Shown: positions 38,981 to 51,924 of the stretch, in pieces
Layout of the letters: every line of letters begins with the position of its first letter
Position numbering within the stretch: position 1 is the first letter of the stretch
Origin: Oikopleura dioica
Lineage: Eukaryota > Animalia > Chordata
Direction: 5' to 3'
NCBI GenBank assembly: GCA_907165135.1
Contig: OU015567.1
Span: forward strand, 9,796,001 to 9,860,000
Length of the DNA stretch: 64,000 nt
Notes under the pieces: generated by a model
What the model saw: only the letters and a program-made list of their open reading frames with translations
Databases searched by the model: none
Told to the model about the DNA's origin: nothing
Made by a program: the position numbers and the translations under genes

Positions 38981-39224
38981 TATTCATCGATGCTTCATCA
39001 TATTTAGTACATATTATTAACTACAAACAAACAAAAAACAATCATACTACTCGCCGGCTGACAGCAATATCACATGCACTTCTTTCTGTAACCCGTTTTA
39101 TTTCCGATCTTATTTTTCCTAGACCCGCCTTCAAATCCTGCAGTTCTTGTCGGTGTTCAATTATATTTCTGTATTATTTAAATTACAAGCTTTAATTTTT
39201 ATCCGCTTTCAGAAATAGGGAGCG

Positions 39225-42200
39225 ATGGAGGTACAATATGTCTACACGAAAAAGAGGTCTGAGTTCGGAAGACATGCGAACTTCTCTGATAGACCAGCTG
39301 AATCTCATGTTGATATTGCTCCAGATCCGGAGGTCCGAAAGAATTTCCTTCACAGGTACGATTTGTTGAGTCTCTTGCCTCCCCAATTATTCAATAAAGA
39401 GACCCTTGCCATGCGGAAGTACAGGCATCGTACCCAATGTCCGAACATTACATCAACACAGAAGTAACTCAGACAGTTTCAACCGCGTCAAATCACGTTG
39501 AAGGCGGCTGGCCAAAAGACGTCAATCCAAACGAAATGGAACAAGTCGCCAGATATCGAAAGAAAGTCGAAAAGGATGAGGCGTATATCCAGACGATTTT
39601 GAAGCTCGCCGCCATAGCTGAAGACGTGATTAGGTCAAATAATGCGATTGATATTTATGAGGACTACTCGTTTGAAGAAGAGGATGACACGGATTATGAT
39701 GCGACCCCGCGTGCTAGGTTGAGTTCGAAAAGAACTGGCTAAATATTAATCTGGCATAAATTTTATTCGCTCGCTAATAGAAAAACGCAATTACAGACAA
39801 CATGCCTTAGATGTGTAATTTTGCGTAATTTCGAATCCTGAAAAGAACGGTCAACGTATTTCGCGATCCTTGCGAAAAGAAGCGATCTGCTGTTCACATG
39901 TCCTGGCACCCCGACGGGGCAGAACGGCTCGTCGCTGCGTATTCCGACATTAGCTTTCAACAAGGCGACAGTGGCTTTTCATATGATTCGTATGTTTGGA
40001 ACTCTATCAATCCTAACAAGCCCGAGATGATTCTCCGGCCACCGGCTCCTTCTGTTTGCGTTGAGTACAATCCGAAAGATGCGCACGAGATTCTCTCTGG
40101 TTTGAAATCGGGACAAGTCTGCATCTGGGACACGCGAAGAGGAGGTGTTCCAGTGATGGCTTCTAATAGAGATGTCTCGCATCGAGATCCCGTCCATTCC
40201 GCTCTTTGGATGCAATCTAAGACTGGGAAGGACTTTTTCTCTGGCTCAACTGATGGTTTGATCAAATGGTGGGACGCTAGAAAGCTCGATCAGCCGCTTG
40301 AGGAGCTCATTTTGGATGTGACGAAGAATATGGACATTTCTAAGGTAGGTCTTCGTCCTTGTTTTCAATCGCTCTATCAGTGACATTTTAGGCGCTTGGT
40401 TGCGTTAGCCTTGAGTTCGAGAACACGATGCCAACAAAATTCATGGTCGGAACTGAGCACGGTCGAATTATCTCCTGTAACCGAAAGGCGAAAACTCAAC
40501 AAGACAAGATCGCTGCGGTATTCTCAGGCCACATCGGCCCCGTTTATTCCCTCCAACGAAATCCCGTGTTCCCGAAGATGTTCCTGTCAGTCGGCGACTG
40601 GTCAGCAAAGATCTTCAGCGAAGACATTCGAGACGCTGCTATTTACAGTACTCCAGTAAGTATTGAAAAGATATTTTTACAGTGTCGTTGTGCTGCTCAT
40701 GTTGATTGAGCTCTCATGCAGCCGAATAACGAATATTTTCGTTGTTACTTCGAATTCTGCCTGACAGTAGGGAACAGTAATTGGGGCTAATTGCACGGCG
40801 TAGACGTTATCAGACAATTTAAAATCGTGCTAAAGAAGTTAGTTGTGAGCTTCTTCGCTTTTTACCTTGAATATTTTTGTCGAGAGAATGACTCTGTCCG
40901 CAGAAGATAATGTCATTTTCCACACTGCGTGAGCTGTCTGCGTCGATTCCGCGCAGATGATCTCCATCGCGACAAATTTATGCTCAATGCCCTTCTCGTC
41001 AATATTCACCATCGCCATTAGACTGAATTTACTCGGGGTCACAGCAGAAAGCGTACCGCGTCACTTACCGTAATTTCCCGCCTTCAAAATTGAACCAACT
41101 TGAAAAGTTTGAAATGTTGACTGATTTTTCAGTGCTGTTAATGACTTCGTGGTTCGATTCGGTCGGCCAATTCATCAGAATTTTCAGTTTGGCAGGTCGT
41201 TTGTATCGCACGCAGTCATTTATCTTGTTTCAAGATTAATTTTTACAGATGATTTTGTTAATGAATGCTTTTGAAAAATGCGATGAACAATTTATCCCTT
41301 GGTTTACCTTTGTTTCGATCCATTTTTCGTATCCACAAGCTTGAGAATTGGCAAGTTTGATTCTCAATGCTGCGATCGACTCTGTCAACTCATCGTTTTT
41401 CATAGAAAGATTGTCGATGATCGTTTTCAAGTACTTAGGACAGTCCTCCAAGTGCTGCGGAATGTCTTTCTTCGGAAGAACCTCCTCGCAAAAGTCGCAC
41501 TGTTCCTTTCTACATTCGCAGACGTTCTATAATTAGATTTAACCTATCGCCCCTTTGCTTATTGATCGACTTACTTGGTGTTTCTTAAAGTTATCGTAAT
41601 TCGTCACTATCGTACAGAGCGCATTCGGGCACGCGAGTTGCAAATCGCAAAGAATTTTGCGAAAAATCCTCGGCGGACGTTGACGATCCGAGAATTTATA
41701 GGCAGTCCGGCATTCAGGGCAAACCTTGTTCGCTGTTTTCTGAGTCTTATCCCATTGAAAAATGCAGCTGTGACAAAAGTAGTGCTGACACGATTTCAGT
41801 TCGACCGCATCGTCAAGTATGTCACTAGAAAAAGGCTCTTTCTTCCTTGATTTCAAGAGAAGGGGATATTTTACCCGCAGATAGAACAAAGACAGTTTTC
41901 TCTGATGAAAGTCATCGTCAAATTTGAATCATTTAGTCGAAACAGATTGAAGTCGATCCCCATGCTAATTATTTGTCAAATATCTTCATTTACTTCAACT
42001 AAAAGGAACCGTCTCTCATCGTCTCCTCCTCGATTCAACTTGCCATGAGGGAGGAGATTGCAATGAACGGCGCTCGAGTGCCAAATGTCACCATTAATTA
42101 TATAAGCTTTTAGTGATGTAAAGTATCATTGTCAGAACATGAATTTTTTAGTAAGTAAGCATAAACATTACCTTTCCATTTCAGCGTACTTTTTGGTTAA

Positions 42201-43045
42201 TTACCTTTTCTCTAAAAGAAACAATATCTTCTCCTCGATCATGAATATTTAAAAGTAAAGCTCTTTTTACAGACAAGTTCTTCCGAGTTCAGTCAGCAAA
42301 AGCTCTTTTCAGTCGCAGCAGTACAACTTCACATCCTCCTGCTGGTCCCCAACTCGTCCAGCCGTTTTCTACACATCTGATCTTTATGGACACGTGGATG
42401 TTTGGGATCTCATGTCTGGACACTTCAGCCCCTCTCTCCGAGTCAAAGTCAGCAATACAGCCATCAGAAATATCTCCGCGCATTCTAGCGGATCCCTCCT
42501 CGCATGTGGCGCCGATAATGGCGATCTGATTGTGCTGCGTGTTTCTGAAGGTCTCTCAACGGTAAGATTTATCGCTTTTTTCTAATAACTAAATGGCGAG
42601 CTCAGAAACAAAAACTAGAGAGAGAGACTTGCTCGGCTCTCTTTGAGCGAGAAAACAAACGAGAGAAGATCTTGGACTCCAGACAGCGAGAACTGCGACT
42701 GAAAGAGAGGCAACGATCCGGCCAAGTTCGCGACGAAGGAGAGACTAAAGAAGGTATGTGTGAAGACAGATAATATACAAGTTGTTAAACTAAAATCTGT
42801 TCTACACTTGCCCTTCTTTCGTTGTACAAATGCTCATTTTTTATTAAGAGGATGAAGATGGGGATATCAACGCAAACGTTATGGAGGACTTTGAGCGTCA
42901 TCTGAACCAAGAAAAGAAGAAGCTCTCGCCCCTCGAGCAATCGCTAATGCTTAATCAAACAGAGTCTGCTAGTCACGAAGCCGCCGCACAAGAGATTGAG
43001 ACAGATGAAAATGACGCGAACGCTGCAGCTCCTACTGAAGCTTGA
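39225..43045 (+). CDS. DNAI2: Axonemal dynein intermediate chain 2
   Basis: [67 protein letters not shown]; large intron 40656-42312. Confidence 0.94.
40677..41963 (-). CDS. RING + TRAF-type zinc finger + coiled-coil protein (RNF41/RNF151/TRAF-like), nested antisense in DNAI2
   Basis: MGIDFNLF...[25 protein letters not shown]...CPEC (RING-HC), CPNALC...H..C, CDFCEE...H..DC; six exons join with GT-AG introns to TAA at 40677. Confidence 0.75.
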
Positions 43046-43214
43046 AAACCCCTCCCAAATTAATATTATACTTACTTATAATTCCGGAATTGTACAAACT
43101 TTTCACTGCTCTACTACTTGAACCCTACTGCTCTATTTTTCTATTCTGCATATATATTCAATATATTTTCCTAATAATAAATTGACCACTGGCTTAATTA
43201 TTTTTGATAGAACG

Positions 43215-44602
43215 ATGTCAACGATATCGTACGCGGCGTCCGCGTCGGTTATCGGTTCCTCGATTCAGGGATATCGAAAATCGGACAAGAGCTCTCCAGT
43301 TTTGAGCAGCGCTGCCAGGCTTCACAAGGTAAAGACCAATTTCAGAGGTCATGGAAAATCAAATTGAATACTTTAGTATCTCCGACGTATTTTTCGAAAG
43401 AATCAAATGGACTTTGAATTTGCCATGTGGCAGGCCGTCTATTTACTCGTCAACCCTCAGCAAGTTTACCGCAACTTTGCTTACCGGAAGCAAACGAAGA
43501 ATCAATACGCTCGGGATGATCCGGCCTTTCTCGTCCTCATTTCAATTATTTTGACTTTTACAGCAGGTGAGCTTGAAGCGAGAAGGTCAGAAGAAGACTG
43601 TGGTTTTCATTTTAGTGTGCTTTGGAATCGTGATGGGATTGGGGATGAAGGACATTCTGGAATTGATCCTTTGGGTGATCATTGTTGATTTCATTATCTC
43701 TGGCGTGCTAATTGCATCGGCCATGTTCTATTTTTGTAATAAGGTTAGACAGATCTAATAAACCAATTTGGCTAACTTAACTTTTCTTCAGTATCTGCGA
43801 TTGCAGCCAAAAAGCCACGGAAACGAACTTGAGTGGGCTTATTGCTTCGACGTTCATCTCAATGCTACCTTTTCAGTGTTCACTATTCTCCATCTCGCTC
43901 AGGAAGGGACTCAAGAACTTTTCAACACTTCAGTTGGATTCTGAACATTTGATTTTCGCGCTCTTTTCGAAGCGCCTCTGATTCGTCAATATTTCCTCGA
44001 GCACAGTTCAGAATCAGAGCTTGTTAGAATTTCGTCTGGGATCGATGTTTTCCGCATTCCGTCGATTCATACTTTTGACAGAAGATGGAGAGATGGTCTG
44101 AGAGACTGCAGGACGTCAGGTGTCATCAAACCAGCGCGTGTATTTGATTGGACAATGAGCGAATTGAGAATCATAGAACCGCGCGTGTATTACATAACCA
44201 CGGGAAACATAACCATTTCCAATTTATATTGATCGTTTTCCTAGTTTCCAGAGATTTTGATATTCAGAAGACGAGGAGAGATTTTACTACTTTTTTTTGT
44301 GTTTTCATCGTTTTCAAGCCAAAGAGCATACGTTTTTGAGTCCATTTTTTAAGCTTTTTGTCATCAAGATCGTCTTGCAACCCTTGCACTTTTCAACCCT
44401 TTTGGGAAACGCGTTCTGGGTGCTGAGCAGTGGCTACTACTGCTACATAACTTTTCTCGGGTATTCGACTCAGCCAATGCTGCAAAAGTCGACAGTTTTC
44501 TTGTATCCGATGGTGCCCGTTTTCGCTCTTTACGTTTTCAGTGTAATGTTCAACTGGAACTGGACCTCCAATCTCGTTTACTTTTACAAAACAAGACTTT
44601 AA
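43215..44602 (+). CDS. UNC50: UNC-50 family membrane protein
   Basis: MDFEFAMWQ, YRKQTKNQYARDDPAFLVL, LEWAYCFDVHLNA, GYYCYITFLGY; last intron GA-AG. Confidence 0.94.
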
Positions 44603-44799
44603 AACAGATGAAACTGTGAATCACAGTCTCTAGAACAGCCCTCTTTTTCAACAAAAAACTCCTTCTTTTTTCTGTATTCAGCAGCTCCTAAGCATCTTTC
44701 CAACAATTATTTATTCTGTAAACTTCTTTTGATCAATGAATATTTATACATTTACCCCATGATGAGATTTTTATTTAGAGAAGTAGCCAGAACGCAGAT

Positions 44800-45563
44800 A
44801 TGATCATCTACAAGGATATCTTCTCCAACGATGAGATGGCCTCTGACACCTACCCTCATCGAGTAAGTTCAAAGTTCTTTTGACTTCCGCTTATTTCCTC
44901 GTTTAGATCATCGATGACGTCATCCTCGAAATCGACTGCAAGGTCATCACCTGCAAGCCCGGTGCCATCGACGAGGCCCTCCTCGGCGCCAACGCCTCCG
45001 CTGAAGGTGGCGATGATGGTGCTGATGATGCCGAGACCATCTCCGCCCCAGACGTCGTTCTTGCCAACCGACTCCAGGCCACTGGTTTCGACAAGAAGAG
45101 CTGGACCGTCTACATCAAGGACTTCATGAAGGTAAAAAAACAACAGCCTAGAAAACCGGACGATGATGATCTCGGAAGCGATTTGAGCACTAGAGTCATA
45201 CTACTACTACAACTACTCTTTTGCCGTGAGCATTTTCCGGGTGTAACTAGCACCACTCTGAGTCTCTTCTAAGTAACCACTTCTTCGAATTACTTGACTC
45301 TTTAGTTCCGGCTATTAATTTTTTTATTGTAGCGAACCCTCAAGAAGCTCGAAGAAAACGGCGACCAGGCCAAGATCGATGCCTTCAAGAAGGGTGCCCA
45401 GACCGCTGTCAAGAAGATCCTCGGCTCCTTCAAGGACTGGGAAATGTACACCGGTGAGAACATGGACCCCGAAGGTTCCATCGCCTACCTTAACTACCGA
45501 GAGGACGGTATCACCCCATACATCTGGATGTTCTACCATGGTCTTGACGAGGAGAAGGTCTAA
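44800..45563 (+). CDS. TPT1: Translationally controlled tumor protein (TCTP)
   Basis: MIIYKDIFSNDEMASD, LLGANASAEG, YTGENMDPEG...YREDGITPY...GLDEEKV*; three coding exons. Confidence 0.96.
45158..45265 (+). ncRNA. Candidate intronic box C/D snoRNA
   Basis: C box ATGATGA 45163-45169, D box CTGA 45258-45261, GAC/GTC terminal stem, possible D' TTGA 45183-45186; about 70 nt before the 3' splice site of a 200-nt intron. Confidence 0.6.
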
Positions 45564-46410
45564 GGAGATTCTCTCAACTCTACCTTAGGTAAGACATCTT
45601 CAATTTTTCTAAATAATCATTTTTCTAGGACATCTTTTAATTTCGCCTTGGGCTCTCGTTCTGTGCAATTTCCACCTCCCGCAGCTCCACCACCGCTTTG
45701 GTGGACGCCCGGATGCTTCCTGTGACTCGACAATTAGAATCAAATAATCCCTGTATGCTCCGAAAACTTTATTCTTCTAAACTCAAAGCAAAACTGTCGC
45801 CATCTGGATCCGCAAAACCAAGACCTGGCTGTAGCCGAAATTTCGGCAAAAATCTATGTAGACTTATACACATTATCTTGCGTCTGTGACTCACAAACCT
45901 GAATTACAGTTCATGAAAAACAACCATCAAACAATATAACTCGCCAAGTCGGAATAAAACACAGGTCGATTAGGGCTCAAAGTTATTTCAAAGTATGTTT
46001 TTATTTGTTCGCAGAATTCTCGCAAAAATGGTTCTCGCAGGTTTTTTGTTTGATAAGAGACGTTACAAATTTACCGGGGCAAATGCGTCAAATACAGTGC
46101 TGTGATTGGCTGAATTAGGGACACGTAGCCCTTTGAAAAATGAAAAATCGCCATAAATCCGAAAATTTTTGAGATCTCGAAAATCTGAGATGATACAGGC
46201 ATAGAGCTTGAGATTCTCTACCGATTCGTTTAAAGATGTCTGGGGCTACGACGTAACCCCTAGGCGCTAGAGCAATAGTAAGTTTGCCCCGGTAATTTTG
46301 TAACGGTTCTAAGTTTTTTTGATAGAACTCTAGTTGGCTTTTGGAAGTCGTGAATCAGTAAAACCCAACTTGGGATTCCCAAGAAAACGTCTGTAACGAG
46401 TGTGTATAGA

Positions 46411-49400
46411 ATGGGGAAGGCAGGACACAGACCGGGACAATGGAAGCAGCAAAACAAGAAGCACAACACTGGAGCTCACAGAAGCAAAGGTGCCATTCGA
46501 AAATCGGTTTCTGGCCAAGTCTCCAGCAGCGGATCGATTCATTCGGGCAAGAGCAGTAAGGCCTCGAGTAAAATGGCTCGTAAAGCGTCGGCGCTCTCCT
46601 TCAGACACAAAAAGGTGCAAATTTACGCTTGTTAGAACACCCGATTGTAAAAACAAAAATTCAAAATAAACAGGAGTTGCAAATGAAAATAACGATGAAA
46701 TTAGGAAGAAACAGCTCGAGTTGCTTACCGCCCAATTCATTTGATCTTCTTCCCTCTTGGAAATGATACAAGCGCGATGGAACTCGCGCATGCGAATCTT
46801 CAGTGCGCTGGAGCTTGTGAACCTACTGTAGGTGGAAGCTACCAGATTGCCCTTGATCGGAAGAAATTCAACATCACCAGGCCAAACGATATCAGCTCAC
46901 TTTTGACCCAATCTCAGGTGTGGCTAATCCTCTTCGATTGTTCAATAAGAATGAATTAGGTTTGCGATGGAATAATTCTAACGATTCGTTACACAGATGA
47001 TTTCCTTTGCGAAAACATTAAACTCCTTGAAATGCTTGCTCATGGTGTTGGGCTACCTCAAGTTTTTCTTGCGATTCAAGGTAAAAACTGAAGTTTTTGA
47101 ATATTTTTTTATTATGAAACGTAAATTTACAATAAATAGCACAAAAAAAAAGAAATTAGATGAAAACATAGAAACAGTTAGAATCGTTGGAATCGTAAGA
47201 AGATCCAGAATAATAGCCAGAAAGTCGGCTATTTTTTGGAGATGATCTTCTAAGTTTTTCGCCGGAGTCAGATTGGTACCCGATCGCTTGACTTCTGTAA
47301 GTGTTTCGTTTGCTACGCTGGTTTCTGTATCGCTGGGATTTTCGCTGAGAAGCTCCTCGAATCATCAGGCCTCGCTGGAGTTGTTCTTTTTGTCGCTGGA
47401 GCTCGGCGATTTCAGACTTCATCTTTGACAACTCTTCTCGGTAGACGGAACCTTTGGATCGGATCGAAGCGAAGGTTTGGTCGTGTCGACTTTTGAGGGA
47501 ATAAGTCGTAGCGTTCATTTGGTCGAAATCGTGACAGGTTTTCGCTAAGTTCTTTCGCCACTTTTCTACGTCGAAGTCGTTGTGCTTTCGCTGGGTCGGG
47601 ACTGAAGCAGTCGCTTGTTTTACTTCAACGTTTTCGGGACTTGAAGAGGCGGTCTTTTCGTGAAGGTCTTTTTGATGAATTTAGAGAACTTGCTCTTAAT
47701 CGACTTTGGCTTCTTATTCTTGTCGGAGATATCGATCATGGTGCTCGTTCTCTGCATATTTTCGCTTTGAATTGAATTTATTTATTTTCGTTCGATTTCG
47801 GTTTTGCGATTTCTCGGTTTGTGATGCTCTTCAACAATCGACGCTCATTTTATGATTGCAAGAGGAGCGCTCTTTGGCGCGAGGGAGCGGCCGGACATTT
47901 TCATCCCCAGCTGCGCAGATGTACATCTAGTCGCCCAGCTTGTCGATCGCAACTGGCGATTGTCTTTCTCAGAATGCCTAAATTGCCTCCGAGTTGCCAT
48001 AATTAGGCAATAAATGATCGCTTATCTGATCCAATCTCGACGCTGGTAGGTTTCAGTGTTCTCCAACTTCAAAGTCGGCGTTTAGGAGCTGGGAAAAGTT
48101 TTTAGAAAAGGCTTCAAATACTGGGAAAAAGTAACTCTTTGTCGGTAAAAGTGACGGTTATTCCAATTGATGTTTTTCATGCTTTGTTTTGGCCAGTAAT
48201 TTTAGCTAATGTTTCTACGTTTTCATCTTTTCTAGTCAAAGAATTATCAATTCAAAAGTATACTGATATCTTTATTAGGATTATCGGAAATTCCTGCCGC
48301 GAAAGTAATGGCTGCCCGTAATGATGTCTTGAAACGATTCAAAGATCTAAACGTCATCCCTTGTGATAAAATGAAGACATTCCCAATTGATAACATTGAT
48401 CAGACGAGAGCACTATTGCGTCAGGTAGCTACCGTTCGTCAGACCGCCCGTGGACACATCAATCGCCCATTTATGCTCGCGGAGAAAATTGCAGTCGACG
48501 GCGATGATCTGAGGATTTCCGGATTCTTGAGCAGAGGCCTCTCTGTCAATCTACCCATTCATGTTCCCGGAGTGGGCGATTTCCTAATTAAACAAGTTGA
48601 AGACAAACTCGGAGAAGTTATCAAAAAGTCGAGAGAAGACAAGCTTCCAAATCTGAATCCAGAAGCCGAAGTGGACATGCTCGACGCCGAACAGACCTTT
48701 CCGACGGAAGACGAGCTCAGAGATGCTGAAACGCTACAGAAGCAGACTGTCAAGAGAAAGGTTCCTAAAGGATATTCGGCATACCAGGCTGCTTGGATTC
48801 CTGATGATGATATAGAAAGTGAAGACGAAGATGATGATATTATAGGTTTTTTAAAAGTAAAGGACTTTTATTATTAAAATTGTAGAAGAGGAGGACGAGG
48901 ACATGGAAGATGATATCCCTGACTTGGAAGGCGACGATGACCGAGAGTACTTCGAAGACGAATCTAAGGTCCAGGCAGAAATGGACGCTGCAATGGGGCT
49001 AGATAACAAAGAAGAGGAAAATGAGGAAGAAGACAAAGACGGCGTAAAATACGATAAAAATTACGACTACGAGGAGGAAGAGCAGCTCCTCTCGCTCCAC
49101 AGAAAAGCAAAAGAAGATCGGGCGTTTCCCGACGAAATCGACACACCCCAAGATGCGCGAACCCGTTTGCAAAAGTACAGAGGACTGGCGAGTTTCAGAA
49201 CTTCCCCATGGGACAAGAACGAAAACCTCCCAGCTGATTATGCGCGTATCTTCAAATTCAAGCGCTGGGCGCATGCCAAGATCAGAGCGAAAAAGTGGGT
49301 GCCAGAAATCGCTGAAACCGTCGCCGCTGGACAAATGGTCACTCTTGTTTTAAAAATCCGAGAAGAGAATAAAGAACCACTCCGTGCAATCGGAGATATG

Positions 49401-50186
49401 GACAGTCTAGTTGTCTTCGGTCTTCTAGCCAATGAGCACAAAATGTCGGTGATGCATTTTGTCATGAAGCGAGCAAACGGCTTCGAAGCTGAAATCAAGA
49501 ACAAGTCTGAATTGTACTTTACGTGTGGATTCAGGCGATTCAAAGCTCGCCCTGTGTTTTCCCAGCACACGAACGGGGAGAAGCATAAAATGGAAAGATT
49601 CTTGCCGATTGATAAGACAAGAATCGTCATGTCTTGTTACGCTCCCGTGAGTCGAGTAGTAATTACAACAGATTGATAACGAATGATTCAGATCATGTTC
49701 CCTCCCCAGGGAGTGCTCGCCTTTTCGAAGGATAGTTCTGGAAATTTCAAGCTCGCGGCTACGGGCTCAATTTTGAGCTCCAACCCAGGTGAATCGAGTT
49801 TTCCGAATTTAGGGTTGAGTTTGGCCTTTAGACCGAATTAATTTGAAGAGGATCGTCCTTTCTGGCGCGCCATTCAAGATCAACAAAAAGTCCTGCGTGA
49901 TTAGATTCATGTTCTTCAACAGAATGGACATTCACTGGTTCAAACCGCTCGAGCTCAGGACGAAGTATGGAAGAAGAGGGCATATCAAAGAACCTGTCGG
50001 AACGCATGGCCATTTCAAGGCCACTTTTGGTAAGAAATTTGTTAAACTATATTTTTGAATTGAATTCAATTTTTAGATCAACATTTGACATCGATGGATA
50101 CAGTATTAATGACGCTGTACAAACGTGTGTATCCAAAATGGACGTATGAGTCGATCCCGAAGTTGGACGGAGAGCTAATAGTTTGA
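46411..50186 (+). CDS. TSR1: Pre-rRNA processing factor TSR1
   Basis: MGKAGHRPGQWKQQNKKH, FPDEIDTP..ARTRLQKYRGLASFRTSPWD, GLLANEHKMSVMHF, RFMFFNRMDIHWFKP..LRTKYGRRGHIKEPVGTHG, LYKRVYPKWTY; large intron 47081-48278. Confidence 0.95.
47156..47757 (-). CDS. Uncharacterized coiled-coil/basic ORF nested antisense in a TSR1 intron; frame break near its 5' end
   Basis: Open frame 47680-47156; an upstream 45-codon ORF (ATG 47757) overlaps it in another frame; minus-strand AATAAA at 47108-47113. Confidence 0.5.
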
Positions 50187-50317
50187 AAAACTGCGCAAAA
50201 TGTTCTAGAGTGGCCCATTGGATTGTTTTTTATTGAAGGATACCCGAATGAAAACACGATTTATACTTTCAAATCGACAATTAAAAACTGTAATTCTGAC
50301 GACTCTCAAGTTTTAGA

Positions 50318-51794
50318 ATGTCAGAGTTAGATGATGACTCGATCAAGTCGCTGCTGAAATGGATCGATGCTGTTCCACTTTCAAGGTAAACTTAACCTAG
50401 TTGCAATTATGCACGATTTCATGCAAAATTTCATTCTTCAAAGGCAAAAGAAGAGCTTGGCGCGCGATTTCTCAGATGGTGTTTTAGCAGCTGAAATAAT
50501 CAAGGTACGCACATTTTAATTTTTCTTCACTGTAGCTTCTATAGTTTTACTTCCCTCGAATGGTCGAGCTGCACAACTACCAAAACGCGAGCTCGCGGCA
50601 GCAGAAACTGACGAACTGGCAAACTCTGAATCGAAAAGTACTCGCAAAATTCGGCTTCGTCATTCCCCAAGATGTAATCGAAAACATCATCAAAGCAGAA
50701 ACCAAAGATGTCCAGTTGTTTCTTTTTGGACTGCGACGCGTCATCGAGGATAAACTCAAGGGTAGATCTGTGTCCGATGAGGGCACACAGGTACGGAGTG
50801 CACAAAATTTACTAATCACATCAATCACAAGCTAATCAAGAGTAGAGAAAACCATGATTATAATTATTTTTTAAACGGTAGTTATCGAAACTCACAAATC
50901 ATCGATTAGAAAAACAACTTCTATTGCATCGAATCGCCAAATTCATTTTTAGTAAGAAAAAATGAATTTGATAATGACTTACACATAAAATTTCTTCAAC
51001 TCTTTTTTTTTACGAAAATTTTGACGCTAGAATTACTACGAAGTGGGCGATTACGCGCCGCAATACGACCTAAACAAAGCGTCTGGTGTTCCAGCTCTGC
51101 AGCACCACTCCCATCGCTCAGGAAAATTAAAAATGCATTCCAAAAAAAAGTCTGGAGGGAGCAGCTCAGGGGCGGATAGAGACAGCCTCTCGCTCACGCT
51201 ACGCGCCGGCGTGCCTCTCAGTGAGTTGAATTTGCAACTATTGGACACCGACACCAAACTTGTGCTCGCAGAGAAGGAACAAGCGCTTTTAGGCATCAGG
51301 GCTTCAGATTATTGGTTATTCGGTTTCAACCTCGATCGATTTTATATTTGCCAAATTTTTACTTAGAATTTTTTTTTCAAAGATGGGGGTGGTTATTTTT
51401 CTGTCATTTTTAGGGAGCACCCTGTGAGCATTTTTGGTGACTTCCGGGGGAAATTGCTGATCTATGTATTTTTCGCAAGTTTGTTCTAATCGCTACTGGT
51501 TCGCTCCTTTGGAAGGGACAATTGACACTCGAAATTGGCCCCCGTCGGGAGAGCGTCATCTGATAACTCTAGTTGTATAAAACGAAAACTCCCCTTTCGA
51601 AGAAACATGTTTGAAAAAGAAAGCGCCAATTAGGGAAAAATCGGAAATCGAAATTATTGAAGCCCTTTTTAGCCAGTCACGAGACCATCAAAGTTCTGCA
51701 ATTGAAAATTTCGCGACTAGAGCAACTGCTCGCGCTGAAGGACAAGAGAATCACAGAACTCAAGAAACAAGTCGAGCTTCCACAGAATCTTTAA
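50318..51794 (+). CDS. SPEF1: SPEF1/CLAMP-like protein (CH_2 domain plus C-terminal coiled coil)
   Basis: WIDAVPLSR, LARDFSDGVLAAEIIKFYFPRMVELHNY...KLTNWQTLNRKVL, EKEQALLASHETIKVLQLKISRLEQLL; last intron GC-AG. Confidence 0.88.
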
Positions 51795-51924
51795 ATTATG
51801 ATTGAAGCAAATTCACGATGTTCCGCCATTATTTCAGAAACTACGTTCTTTTTCTATTCTATAAATATCTATTTTCATAATTTGCTTCTTCTCTCATTTT
51901 TCATCTTTCAGAAGGAAAGAAAGA

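Noticed and set aside
45170-45182. snoRNA guide complementary to the U2 snRNA 5' end
   Set aside because: Only 8 nt, and the predicted site is not a U2 methylation I know.
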